From Pseudoalteromonas translucida KMM 520 (GTDB lineage: Bacteria; Pseudomonadota; Gammaproteobacteria; Enterobacterales; Alteromonadaceae): a stretch of DNA of 32,000 bases. The notes under the pieces are model-generated. The model was not told the origin of the DNA. It did no database searches and worked only from the letters and a program-made list of their open reading frames with translations. The DNA is taken from assembly GCF_001465295.1 (NCBI RefSeq), contig NZ_CP011034.1:930001-962000 (forward strand), in the 5' to 3' direction. Shown here one piece after another: positions 1 to 8,055 of this stretch. The first letter of the stretch is position 1, and every line of letters starts with the position of its first letter. The translations under genes and the position numbers were made by a program.

Positions 1-752
1 CCTAACGAAACTAAGTTCTCTTTTTTACTAATATACGAGCCATAAATAATCATTACACTGGTACCGAGTGATAATGAAAAGAATGCTTGGCCTAGTGCGC
101 TGACTAACAAGTTAGCATCAAAAATAGACGAGAAATCAGGGACTAAATATGCCTTTAAGCCTTCAATAGCGCCATCTTGGGTCATTACATAAATAATTAA
201 TGCAAATAAAATACTGAGCAAAGCAGGCATTAAACGTTTTGACCATTTTTCGATTCCGTTTTCAACGCCGCGACTAATGATAGCAACGGTTAGTACAATA
301 AAAATCATAGTGAAAATGATGTTTCTACTAAGTGACTGCTCACCTAGCCAAGCAGATGCAGAGTTTGCGCCCACTAACGTTGTAATAGGTTCTACTGTTG
401 CACTTAGCATCCAACCAGCAACGATGGCATAAAAGCTTAAAATAAAGCCAGCACATAAAATACCGCCAAAACCAACCGCAAAAGAAAAATGTTTTTGCCA
501 AGGTTTATTTGATATTTTTCTAAGTGAAGAGACCGCATTTGCTTGGCCATGACGACCAATCATTAGCTCCGCCATTAAAGCAGGATAAGCCAAAAAAAAT
601 GCCAGTACTAAATACGCAATTAAAAATGCGGCACCACCATTACTCGCGGTTTGTGTAGGGAAACCCCAAATGTTACCTAAACCTACAGCAGATCCTGCGG
701 CGGCCATTATAAAACCAAAGCGAGAGCTAAACTCGCCTCTTACTGCACTCAT
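1..752 (-). CDS. Sodium-dependent transporter of the neurotransmitter:sodium symporter (NSS/SNF) family; N-terminal part only, the C-terminus lies outside the window
   Basis: Absent from the ORF track because it is open at the window edge. A reverse-strand ATG at 752-750 opens a frame that stays open to position 1. My translation starts MSAVRGEFSSRFGFIMAAAGSAVGLGNIWGFPTQTASNGGAAFLIAYLVLAFFLAYPALMAELMIGRHG. It carries the GLGNIWGFP / NGGxAF TM1 signature of NSS transporters and repeated hydrophobic spans. Confidence 0.85.
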   Translation of the reverse strand, partial: MSAVRGEFSSRFGFIMAAAGSAVGLGNIWGFPTQTASNGGAAFLIAYLVLAFFLAYPALMAELMIGRHGQANAVSSLRKISNKPWQKHFSFAVGFGGILCAGFILSFYAIVAGWMLSATVEPITTLVGANSASAWLGEQSLSRNIIFTMIFIVLTVAIISRGVENGIEKWSKRLMPALLSILFALIIYVMTQDGAIEGLKAYLVPDFSSIFDANLLVSALGQAFFSLSLGTSVMIIYGSYISKKENLVSL

Positions 753-951
753 ATTATTGTACTTCTCTATTTTGTGACGGCGCAGACAATCTACTGGAAA
801 TGTAAAAAAATAAAAAGTGCTAATTTGCTGATCTTGCACAATTACTTTATTAAACTCTGTGTTATGAACATAGATTTTAGTTTAGTAACTTAAAACTAAA
901 AATTAACAGCTTGATATTGTTTAATAATTGTTAATTTACAGTGTGTAGCCT

Positions 952-2250
952 TTACTTTACACTAGGGTGTTGTTGGGCTATTTTTAGGGTGAAACAAGCC
1001 CCGCCTAACTGCTTACTTTTACCTGCATAAACACGGCCGTGATGCCAATCAGCTACTTTTTCAACAATTGCTAATCCGAGGCCATAACTTTTATCAGCTC
1101 GATTACGGTGATTGTTTTCGCGGAAAAAAGGGCTAAATACTTTGCTAAAGTTTTCAGCTGCTATACCTGGGCCATCGTCCTCTACGGTAATAATAATGTG
1201 TTGCTCATTAACAGTGGCACTTACATAAATATGTTGCAGAGCAAAGTCGCAGGCATTATTAATTAAATTAGTAACGGCTCTGGCAAGCCAATGTAAGTCG
1301 GCATAAATAACATCGTTACTGCTATTAAGTTGCACACTGAGTTTGTGGGAGTCTAATTTAGGCGATAGCTGCGCTAAAATATCTTCAAAGTAGCTGCGCA
1401 TATGGGTTGCAGAGTAGGTTAAGCGATTGGCGTTTTGTTCTAGCGTGGCAAAGGCTAGGTAGCTTTTTAGCATAGACTCCATGTGGTCTAAGTCATTTTC
1501 CATACGGGTTAAATATTGCTTCACTTTTGGCATGTCATTGCTATCTATTGCGGCATCTAAACCAAATCGCAGGCAAGCTATGGGGGTGCGAATATCATGG
1601 GATAAACTCGATGCCATGAGCTTGTTTTCAGCAACCAGTTTTTCTATTTGACTCGCCATTCGGTTAAAGGTGAGTTCTACATCTTTTATATACGTAAAAT
1701 GAGAGACTTTGATACGAGTTTTAACATCACCCGATGCAAATTTTTTAGCTGCTTCATTTAACACGCTCAAGCGTTTGGCTAAGGGATAAATAATAAAGCC
1801 CATAAATACACACAGGCCAGCGTAAAATAATAAGGTTAGAATAATATCGTCGCGTTGCTCTGCTTCAAATGAGTTATCGAGGCGCATAGATAAATGATAA
1901 GGGCTTAATGCTTGGTTGCTATAAAGCATATGAAAGCCTTGTTCGCCCTCTAAAATTAATCCACCATGGGTTTGCATTTGCATAAGTAAGGCTGGGCTAA
2001 GCGCTAAGGTGTCGTTTAGCTTATAGGTAAGCGGCAGGCTAAAGTCGTTAGCTAACTTTATAATATAATTACTGCGCTGTGCAGGGGGGAGAGTAGCAAG
2101 CTGCTTGCTAAACCCTGCAATCATTTTACTTTGCATGCTAAATTCGTCTAAGGGGGCGTGTGTATTTTGACTAAAAGCGTCAATAAGCCAGCCTAAAACA
2201 ATAATCGAAAGCAGTGCGCTGCTAAGCAGTGCAATATAAAACTTTTTCAT
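952..2250 (-). CDS. Two-component sensor histidine kinase (two TM helices, HAMP, HisKA, HATPase_c)
   Basis: 432-aa ORF with an N-terminal TM helix and a second TM helix (ILTLLFYAGLCVFMGFIIYPLA). It has the H-box SLSHDIRTP, N-box NLINNACDF, G1 EDDGPGI and G2 GLGLAIV. The start lies 6 nt downstream of the stop of the response-regulator gene, so the two form an operon. Confidence 0.9.
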   Translation of the reverse strand: MKKFYIALLSSALLSIIVLGWLIDAFSQNTHAPLDEFSMQSKMIAGFSKQLATLPPAQRSNYIIKLANDFSLPLTYKLNDTLALSPALLMQMQTHGGLILEGEQGFHMLYSNQALSPYHLSMRLDNSFEAEQRDDIILTLLFYAGLCVFMGFIIYPLAKRLSVLNEAAKKFASGDVKTRIKVSHFTYIKDVELTFNRMASQIEKLVAENKLMASSLSHDIRTPIACLRFGLDAAIDSNDMPKVKQYLTRMENDLDHMESMLKSYLAFATLEQNANRLTYSATHMRSYFEDILAQLSPKLDSHKLSVQLNSSNDVIYADLHWLARAVTNLINNACDFALQHIYVSATVNEQHIIITVEDDGPGIAAENFSKVFSPFFRENNHRNRADKSYGLGLAIVEKVADWHHGRVYAGKSKQLGGACFTLKIAQQHPSVK

Positions 2251-2256
2251 TTGTAG

Positions 2257-2961
2257 CTACCAAGCAGTGGCAACGAGTAAATAGCCTCGTCCCCAAATTG
2301 TTTTAATTTTTTCAGGATTTTGTGGATCGTCATTAAACTTTTTACGCAGCGCAGAAATAAGTACATCAACACTTCGATCAAGGCCGTCGTACTCGCGTCC
2401 TTTGGTTGCTTTAAATACTGCATCGCGCGATACAACTTGCCCTGCGTTACTGGCTAAGTAATGCAGCAATAAATACTCAGCGCTAGATATGTTTATATCG
2501 ATATCGTTAAGTTTAACGCTTCGCGACTCACTATTAATGCTCAAAGCCCCCACATTAATAATACTATGTTGTTTATGAGATTGGCTGCTTTGGGTGGTAA
2601 GTCTAAGGGCTGACTTTATTCTTGCTAGCAATGCACGAGGGCGTACCGGTTTCATTATGTAGTCACTGGCACCTACCTCTAAGCCAATCACTTCATCCAT
2701 TTCGTCATCACGAGCTGTTAGCATAATAATAGGAGCTTGATAAAAGCTACGTAGCTCGCGACAAACGCTTATGCCATCTAGTCCAGGAAGCATAATATCC
2801 AGTAGTATTAACTGCGGTTTCAAGGTTTTAACTTGGCCAATAACTTCATCACCGCGATGACAAACATGTACGTGATAGCCTTGCTCTGTTAAATATTCAG
2901 CCACCCATTGTGCTAGAGAAATATCATCTTCAACGAGTAAAATAGTACCGTAATTATCCAC
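2257..2961 (-). CDS. OmpR/PhoB-family response regulator (receiver plus winged-helix DNA-binding domain)
   Basis: 234-aa ORF. It has the acidic pocket LLVEDD, the phospho-acceptor context LILLDIMLPGLDG, a conserved K in YIMKP, and a C-terminal winged helix ending IWGRGYLL. Confidence 0.9.
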   Translation of the reverse strand: MDNYGTILLVEDDISLAQWVAEYLTEQGYHVHVCHRGDEVIGQVKTLKPQLILLDIMLPGLDGISVCRELRSFYQAPIIMLTARDDEMDEVIGLEVGASDYIMKPVRPRALLARIKSALRLTTQSSQSHKQHSIINVGALSINSESRSVKLNDIDINISSAEYLLLHYLASNAGQVVSRDAVFKATKGREYDGLDRSVDVLISALRKKFNDDPQNPEKIKTIWGRGYLLVATAW

Positions 2962-2973
2962 AAGACTTCCTTA

Positions 2974-3360
2974 TTAAAACAATCGCCAACGGCGTTTTTT
3001 TTGCCTGTTTTGATAAACCCACTGTAACTTTACTTCAGTGGTGGCTATGACTTTTGCAGTATTACTATCAAATAATTCAAATGATAAGCTCTGCTCAGAG
3101 TCAAATGCATAATTAAAAACGCCGTGTTGCTGCTTAAGCCAACATTGCATAATATATTTAGAGGTGGCATCTCGTAAGCAGTAGTTACCTATTGTGGGCT
3201 GCTGCCATGATAAAACCACCTCAGTATAACAGTGGCGGCCTTCACGTAGTGCCACGCAGGTATTAGGTATCGCACTAAGCGCGGTTACCTCTTGGGGCGC
3301 CTCGGCGAGTAAAGTGCCAGGATAAGCTAATAGTAAATAACACCAGCGTCTAAAATACAT
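2974..3360 (-). CDS. Small secreted Cys-containing protein of unknown function (DUF3019-like by position; family recalled from memory, unverified)
   Basis: 128-aa ORF with a signal peptide (LLLAYPGTLLAEA) and four Cys. It overlaps the mipA-like stop by 11 nt and lies between the porin gene and the two-component genes. I recall DUF3019 genes occupying this slot in other gammaproteobacteria. Confidence 0.5.
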   Translation of the reverse strand: MYFRRWCYLLLAYPGTLLAEAPQEVTALSAIPNTCVALREGRHCYTEVVLSWQQPTIGNYCLRDATSKYIMQCWLKQQHGVFNYAFDSEQSLSFELFDSNTAKVIATTEVKLQWVYQNRQKKRRWRLF

Positions 3361-4207
3361 AACGCACGCCTAGCTTGGCTTTGTGTTGGTAACCTTGAGA
3401 AATAATAGGGCTGTCGTCAATTTCTTTAGAAAATAAAGTCGTTAACCAGCCGGCTAAAAACACCCAGTCTTGATTAAGCGGGTACTCAGCATGAAACTCA
3501 AGCATAATACTGCTGCTGGCATTGGCTTTATAAGCAGGGCGCAGCAAGGTAACTTCACTTTGCTCAATACCAAAATAATAGTTAGTAAAGTCAGCAGAGT
3601 AGGCGCTAAAGCCTATGCCAGAGCGAAACTCCCAGTTACGCCAAGGTTGTATTTTGCTAAAAAAAGAATTAAATACCCAGCCATTGTGGGCGTTTGAAAT
3701 ATCATGCAAAAATTCAATAGAAATCTGTGAGCCATCAAATCTGTGGGTAAATCTAAGGCCTGTATTAAAGTCATATTTACGCTTTTTAATGCCGCGCAAT
3801 TCCTCAACCACACCATTGTTATAAAACCCCAAGCCTTTTTGACCAAATCCTGCTTGGGCGTTAGCACCGATTATATCGAGCTCCCAATTATATTTGTTAA
3901 TTAGACTGTAGCCTATAACAAGGCCGCCGCTGAGCTGGTTATGATCATAATCGAGATAAAAGTTATCAAAAGAAACCGCAAGGCTGAGATCTAATTCAAT
4001 ACCATCGTCATAGGAGTCCATGCCGATAAGGTAAGAGTCTTCAATATAATAACCAGCACCGGCGCTCCAGTCCCATGCAAAGCCTTGAATAGGCTCTAAG
4101 GTGTTATCAGCATAATAGCGATTGCTGGCAGTACTGTGGGCACTAAATACACAGGCAAATAATAAGCAGGTGTAACATAAAAAATGGCTAAATATTGAGT
4201 GCTTCAT
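3350..4207 (-). CDS. MipA/OmpV-family outer-membrane beta-barrel protein
   Basis: 285-aa ORF with a signal peptide (LLFACVFSAHS). It shows alternating aromatic/Gly-rich beta-strand patterning and a C-terminal OMP signature, KLGVRYVF, ending in Phe. Size and composition match MltA-interacting protein family members. Confidence 0.7.
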   Translation of the reverse strand: MKHSIFSHFLCYTCLLFACVFSAHSTASNRYYADNTLEPIQGFAWDWSAGAGYYIEDSYLIGMDSYDDGIELDLSLAVSFDNFYLDYDHNQLSGGLVIGYSLINKYNWELDIIGANAQAGFGQKGLGFYNNGVVEELRGIKKRKYDFNTGLRFTHRFDGSQISIEFLHDISNAHNGWVFNSFFSKIQPWRNWEFRSGIGFSAYSADFTNYYFGIEQSEVTLLRPAYKANASSSIMLEFHAEYPLNQDWVFLAGWLTTLFSKEIDDSPIISQGYQHKAKLGVRYVF

Positions 4208-4299
4208 CCTTGGAACCTAAATAAGTAATGGTTATAAAGCGTAGTATATTGTTAAACGTTCCTTAAAGCCTGTAAAAAAATGTAGTGTTTAACTTACGC

Positions 4300-5118
4300 T
4301 TATATCACTTTAATTTTGTCGATTAATATACTGCTTAAATAAAACTGCATCATTGGTGTTAAAGCGCTTATTTCTGTGCGAGTACAAGGGCCTTGCACTT
4401 TAGTAAGTGTGCTAAGCTGGCTCATTGTATTGTATTTAGGAATAGTTACCTTTGTATTTGCATCGGCGCGTGCTAAACGTGCTTGTTCGGTATTTTGCTG
4501 GTGGACAAAGGCGACTACTTCAAGCTCATTAGTAATTTTTTGCTCTTCAGTAAAGCTATAAATCAGTGATTCACGATGAAAGCTAGTGCTATCTAAAGAT
4601 GATTTTGCAAACCAAACCACATCACCAGAGGCTTTGTGTGTTAAGCGCATACTAACTTGCGCTAAAATAGTTGCACACTGCTGGGTTGGAAATTGCTGTG
4701 CAACTTTAGAGTACAGCGCATAAGGTTGTTTAGGCTGATTTAACGTGTATTTACTGTCATCGGTAAACGCTAGATCAACTTGATGAATAGCAAGTGTGTA
4801 ATCACTATCGTTTTTAGTCGTTACTTTTAGTTGTTTGTCATTGAGCGCTTGGCTTATTTGCGCCAGTAAAGTGTCGGTTACACTTACTCTGTCGGTAACA
4901 ATTTTAACCGTTTGGTTTTTCATTACTTTATGAGCTGGTAATTGCACAGACTTTACTTTAGGCGAGGTATGTTGCGCCTCATACTCCAGTTGGTATGTTT
5001 GGCTTTTTAACATTGGTTTTAAGGGCATTGCCAATGGCTCAGCAGGCTGATTTTTTATTGTGGTTATAGCGCAACCCGATGAAAACAATATAAAAAGTGA
5101 TACAACTAAAAAACGCAT
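4300..5118 (-). CDS. Hypothetical lipoprotein
   Basis: 272-aa ORF with a signal peptide plus lipobox (LFILFSSGC, Cys16). I recognise no catalytic motif. It is monocistronic, with intergenic gaps on both sides. Confidence 0.6.
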   Translation of the reverse strand: MRFLVVSLFILFSSGCAITTIKNQPAEPLAMPLKPMLKSQTYQLEYEAQHTSPKVKSVQLPAHKVMKNQTVKIVTDRVSVTDTLLAQISQALNDKQLKVTTKNDSDYTLAIHQVDLAFTDDSKYTLNQPKQPYALYSKVAQQFPTQQCATILAQVSMRLTHKASGDVVWFAKSSLDSTSFHRESLIYSFTEEQKITNELEVVAFVHQQNTEQARLARADANTKVTIPKYNTMSQLSTLTKVQGPCTRTEISALTPMMQFYLSSILIDKIKVI

Positions 5119-5232
5119 AAATACTTTACACTCAGTAAAAGGCCAATAATCAACATATTGTACGTTAGTCTTGATAAAAGTTCATGATATTATGTGCATA
5201 GAAGCAATTAAAAAAAGAAAAAACAGCCAACG

Positions 5233-6378
5233 ATGAAGTACCTTAATTACCCGATTTATTACCTGCTCGCCTTTTGTATTTTAATAACCCACTCAGCGGT
5301 TGCTGCAAATGTAGATCCGGATTGGCCTGCATTTGTAAAAAAGTATGGGCGTTACGCAGAAAAAAAGCTTAAACGAAAAGGTATACCTGGCGCGGCTTTG
5401 TCGATTGTTAATATGCAGTCGAGTGATTATATTCATACCATGGGCTATACCAAAGTGGGTAGCTCTCAAAGGGTTAATCAACATACACGTTTTAGATTAG
5501 CATCGGTGTCTAAAACCTTTGCAGGATCGTTAGCAGCTAAGCTTGCTAGCGAAGGGGAAATAGACTTGTACCAGCCTATTAGCGAATATATTCCTGAATT
5601 TGCTAACACCGACTACAAAGATAATTTAAAGGTTTATCATATTTTAAGTCACTCTAGTGGCTTAGTTCCCAACGCCTACGATAACCTAATTGAATCACGA
5701 ATGAGTTATCCAGATATTGTTGAAAAGCTACTTACGGTAGCGCCCATATGCGATCCTGGGCAGTGTTATGGTTATCAAAATGTGATGTTTAGTTTAATTG
5801 ACGATGTAATTTTAAGGAGCACTCATAAAAGCTACTCTCAGTGGCTAAATGACGCCATTTTTACGCCATTAAAAATGCATGATACTAGTTTAGGCTACGA
5901 CGCTATGGTGCAAGATAAAAACTACGCATTTCCACATGTAAGAGGGAAAAAACGTTGGTATAGCGCTAAGCTGAAAAAAAATTATTATAAAGTAGCGCCC
6001 GCAGCAGGCATAAATGCCAGTGCCGCCGATATGGCAATATGGCTAAAGGCGCAATTAGGCCAGTATCCAAATGTATTATCGCTTGATGCATTAGCGGTAC
6101 AAACACGTCCCTATACGCATACCAAAAAAGAGCAATACCGACGAGTATGGAAGGGTCATCTTAGTGAGGCTTATTATGGGCTAGGTTGGCGGGTATATAA
6201 CTACGATGATGAAACTCTTTATTACCATAGTGGTTGGGTGCAAGGTTATCGCACCGATTTAGTGGTGTTCCCTCATTTAAATGTGGGTTTTAGCTTAATA
6301 ATAAATGCCGAAACCGGGGTTATAAATGAACTTACAACAGAGTTTATAAATAGAGTGCTTAAATATAAGCGAGGCTAA
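5233..6378 (+). CDS. Secreted serine hydrolase, beta-lactamase class C / penicillin-binding-protein-like family
   Basis: 381-aa ORF with a signal peptide (ILITHSAVAANV). It has the SxxK motif ASVSKTF, a YxN motif (AYDN) and an HSG triad equivalent (YYHSGWVQGY). Confidence 0.85.
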   Translation: MKYLNYPIYYLLAFCILITHSAVAANVDPDWPAFVKKYGRYAEKKLKRKGIPGAALSIVNMQSSDYIHTMGYTKVGSSQRVNQHTRFRLASVSKTFAGSLAAKLASEGEIDLYQPISEYIPEFANTDYKDNLKVYHILSHSSGLVPNAYDNLIESRMSYPDIVEKLLTVAPICDPGQCYGYQNVMFSLIDDVILRSTHKSYSQWLNDAIFTPLKMHDTSLGYDAMVQDKNYAFPHVRGKKRWYSAKLKKNYYKVAPAAGINASAADMAIWLKAQLGQYPNVLSLDALAVQTRPYTHTKKEQYRRVWKGHLSEAYYGLGWRVYNYDDETLYYHSGWVQGYRTDLVVFPHLNVGFSLIINAETGVINELTTEFINRVLKYKRG

Positions 6379-6382
6379 AAAA

Positions 6383-6907
6383 ATGATGGTTAAAGATAAA
6401 AGGCTTTTAATTTTGGTGTTACTGGTTATGGTGTTTAATAGCCAATTTGTATTTGCCGCCCCAGATAAAATTTATTTATTTCGCCACAGTGAAAAGCAAG
6501 CAAGTAAAAATCCGTCGCTTACAGTGCTTGGAGCACAACGCGCACAGTATTTGCTACAGTTAGTAAAACAACATAAAAACGTACAGCTATTTAGTAGTAA
6601 TTATAAGCGTACACTACAAACAGCAGCGCCAATGGCTACTTACTTTAACACTACAGTAAAAGTGTATGATGCAGGTGATTTAGCTTTATTTAAAAGTAAA
6701 CTACTAAAATTACAGGGGGTTGTAATTGTTGTGGGGCACAGTAATACCACACCTGAACTTACGGCATTGCTTTCAAATGGGGCGATTAATGCTATGTCTG
6801 AAGATGAGTTTTCGCGCTATTACATACTAGACAAAATACGCGATAAAACCCCAAAAGATGTACCGCAATATAGGGTCAGTGAACTCACTATGGATTTTAA
6901 TAATTAA
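6383..6907 (+). CDS. Secreted histidine phosphatase superfamily protein (SixA / phosphoglycerate-mutase-like)
   Basis: 174-aa ORF with a signal peptide (VMVFNSQFVFAAP). An RHG-type motif (LFRHSEK) follows immediately, and a second catalytic His context (VVGHSNT) is present. The start is 4 nt after the hydrolase stop. Confidence 0.7.
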   Translation: MMVKDKRLLILVLLVMVFNSQFVFAAPDKIYLFRHSEKQASKNPSLTVLGAQRAQYLLQLVKQHKNVQLFSSNYKRTLQTAAPMATYFNTTVKVYDAGDLALFKSKLLKLQGVVIVVGHSNTTPELTALLSNGAINAMSEDEFSRYYILDKIRDKTPKDVPQYRVSELTMDFNN

Positions 6908-6926
6908 TTTAAAAGTGACAGATAAT

Positions 6927-6952
6927 AAAAAACCAGCACATGCTGGTTTTTT
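6927..6952. terminator. Bidirectional intrinsic terminator between convergent genes
   Basis: The perfect hairpin aaaaaaccagca-ca-tgctggtttttt has an A-run on the left and a T-run on the right. It lies between the phosphatase stop (6907) and the yhbY stop (6984). Confidence 0.8.
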
Positions 6953-6983
6953 ATATTACCGGGTAAATCCTACAAGTAGGCGT

Positions 6984-7280
6984 TTAGCCACGCGGTAATT
7001 TAATTTTTTTCTCTTCACTTTGGCGATAAAGCACAATAGTGTGACCAATTGATTGTAATTTAGTTGCGCCAGTTTCACGCACTATTGCTTCAAAAATGAG
7101 CGCTTTAGTTTCGCGATCATCAGTTGGAACCTTCACTTTAATTAATTCGTGAATTTCTAATGCGCTTTGAATTTCTACTACTACGCCTTCGGTTAAACCG
7201 TTAGAACCTAGTAAAACTACAGGCTTGAGGCTATGTGCCTGACCTTTTAAAAACTGCTTTTGTTTGTTTGATAATGTCAT
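6984..7280 (-). CDS. yhbY: Ribosome-assembly RNA-binding protein YhbY (CRM domain)
   Basis: The 98-aa ORF is near-colinear with E. coli YhbY (KQKQFLKGQAHSLKPVVLLGSNGLTEGV..HELIKVKV..DRETK..IVRETGA). It is divergent from rlmE, as in enterobacteria. Confidence 0.9.
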   Translation of the reverse strand: MTLSNKQKQFLKGQAHSLKPVVLLGSNGLTEGVVVEIQSALEIHELIKVKVPTDDRETKALIFEAIVRETGATKLQSIGHTIVLYRQSEEKKIKLPRG

Positions 7281-7306
7281 GTTTATACAAATTTTGCTGA
7301 ATATGG

Positions 7307-7336
7307 CTTGAATTAAGGGTATTCTACCGCCATCTA
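7307..7336 (+). promoter_or_regulatory. Putative sigma32 (heat-shock) promoter of the rlmE-ftsH operon
   Basis: CTTGAAt at 7307-7313 is followed by a 14-nt spacer and then CgCCATcTA at 7328-7336. The consensus is CTTGAAA-N13-15-CCCCATnTA. The site lies about 33 nt upstream of the rlmE ATG. The E. coli ftsJ(rlmE)-ftsH operon is a known sigma32 regulon member. Confidence 0.45.
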
Positions 7337-7368
7337 AAGAATATTACTAATTAGTTGCGTGTTAATTT

Positions 7369-7998
7369 ATGACAAATAAAAAACAGTCAGCCAGTTCACA
7401 GCGATGGCTGAAAGAACATTTTGATGATAAATATGTTCAAGAGGCGCAAAAAAAAGGTTGGCGTTCTCGAGCTGTTTTTAAATTAGATGAGGTCCAAAGT
7501 AGAGACAAGTTACTCCGCCCAGCCATGACTGTTGTTGATTTAGGGGCTGCACCGGGTAGTTGGTCACAATATTTGGCAGAAAAAGTAGGAGATAAAGGCC
7601 AAGTTATAGCGTGCGATATCCTCCCTATGGATTCATTAGCGGGTGTTGACTTTTTACAAGGCGACTTTCGTGAAGAAGCAGTGTTAAGTGCATTGTTAAA
7701 ACGTATTGATGGTAAAAATGTTGATGTGGTACTCTCTGACATGGCACCAAATATGAGTGGTAACAATTCAGTTGATCAAGCTGGTAGCATGTATTTGGTC
7801 GAGCTTGCACTGGATATGTGTAATCAAGTACTAAAGAAAAATGGTGCATTTATTGTTAAAGTATTCCAAGGTGAAGGCTTTGATCAGTTCTTGCAAGATG
7901 TACGTAATAGTTTTAAAGCAGTGAAGATACGTAAACCAGATGCCTCGCGCGCCCGTTCACGGGAAGTATATATAGTAGCGACTGGATATAAACTGTAG
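7369..7998 (+). CDS. rlmE: 23S rRNA (uridine2552-2'-O)-methyltransferase RlmE/FtsJ
   Basis: The 209-aa ORF has the SAM-binding motif [13 protein letters not shown], the SDMAPNMSG motif and a C-terminal KP.ASR..S.E.Y.V. It sits immediately upstream of ftsH. Confidence 0.95.
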   Translation: MTNKKQSASSQRWLKEHFDDKYVQEAQKKGWRSRAVFKLDEVQSRDKLLRPAMTVVDLGAAPGSWSQYLAEKVGDKGQVIACDILPMDSLAGVDFLQGDFREEAVLSALLKRIDGKNVDVVLSDMAPNMSGNNSVDQAGSMYLVELALDMCNQVLKKNGAFIVKVFQGEGFDQFLQDVRNSFKAVKIRKPDASRARSREVYIVATGYKL

Positions 7999-8055
7999 TA
8001 CAGTTGTTGGGCGTTTAGTTGAATTTAAATTAATTGGATACAAGAGGTTAACCCC

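Noticed and set aside
875-901. Hairpin ttttagttt-N9-aaactaaaa downstream of the histidine-kinase stop
   Set aside because: The stem is AT-only, no T-run follows on the minus strand, and stability is probably too low for an intrinsic terminator.
2247-2435. 62-aa ORF overlapping the response-regulator gene in another frame, plus similar small ORFs at 3470-3867, 4376-4561, 5293-5484 and 7437-7849
   Set aside because: All are nested within longer ORFs that have clear family motifs. They have no independent start signals.
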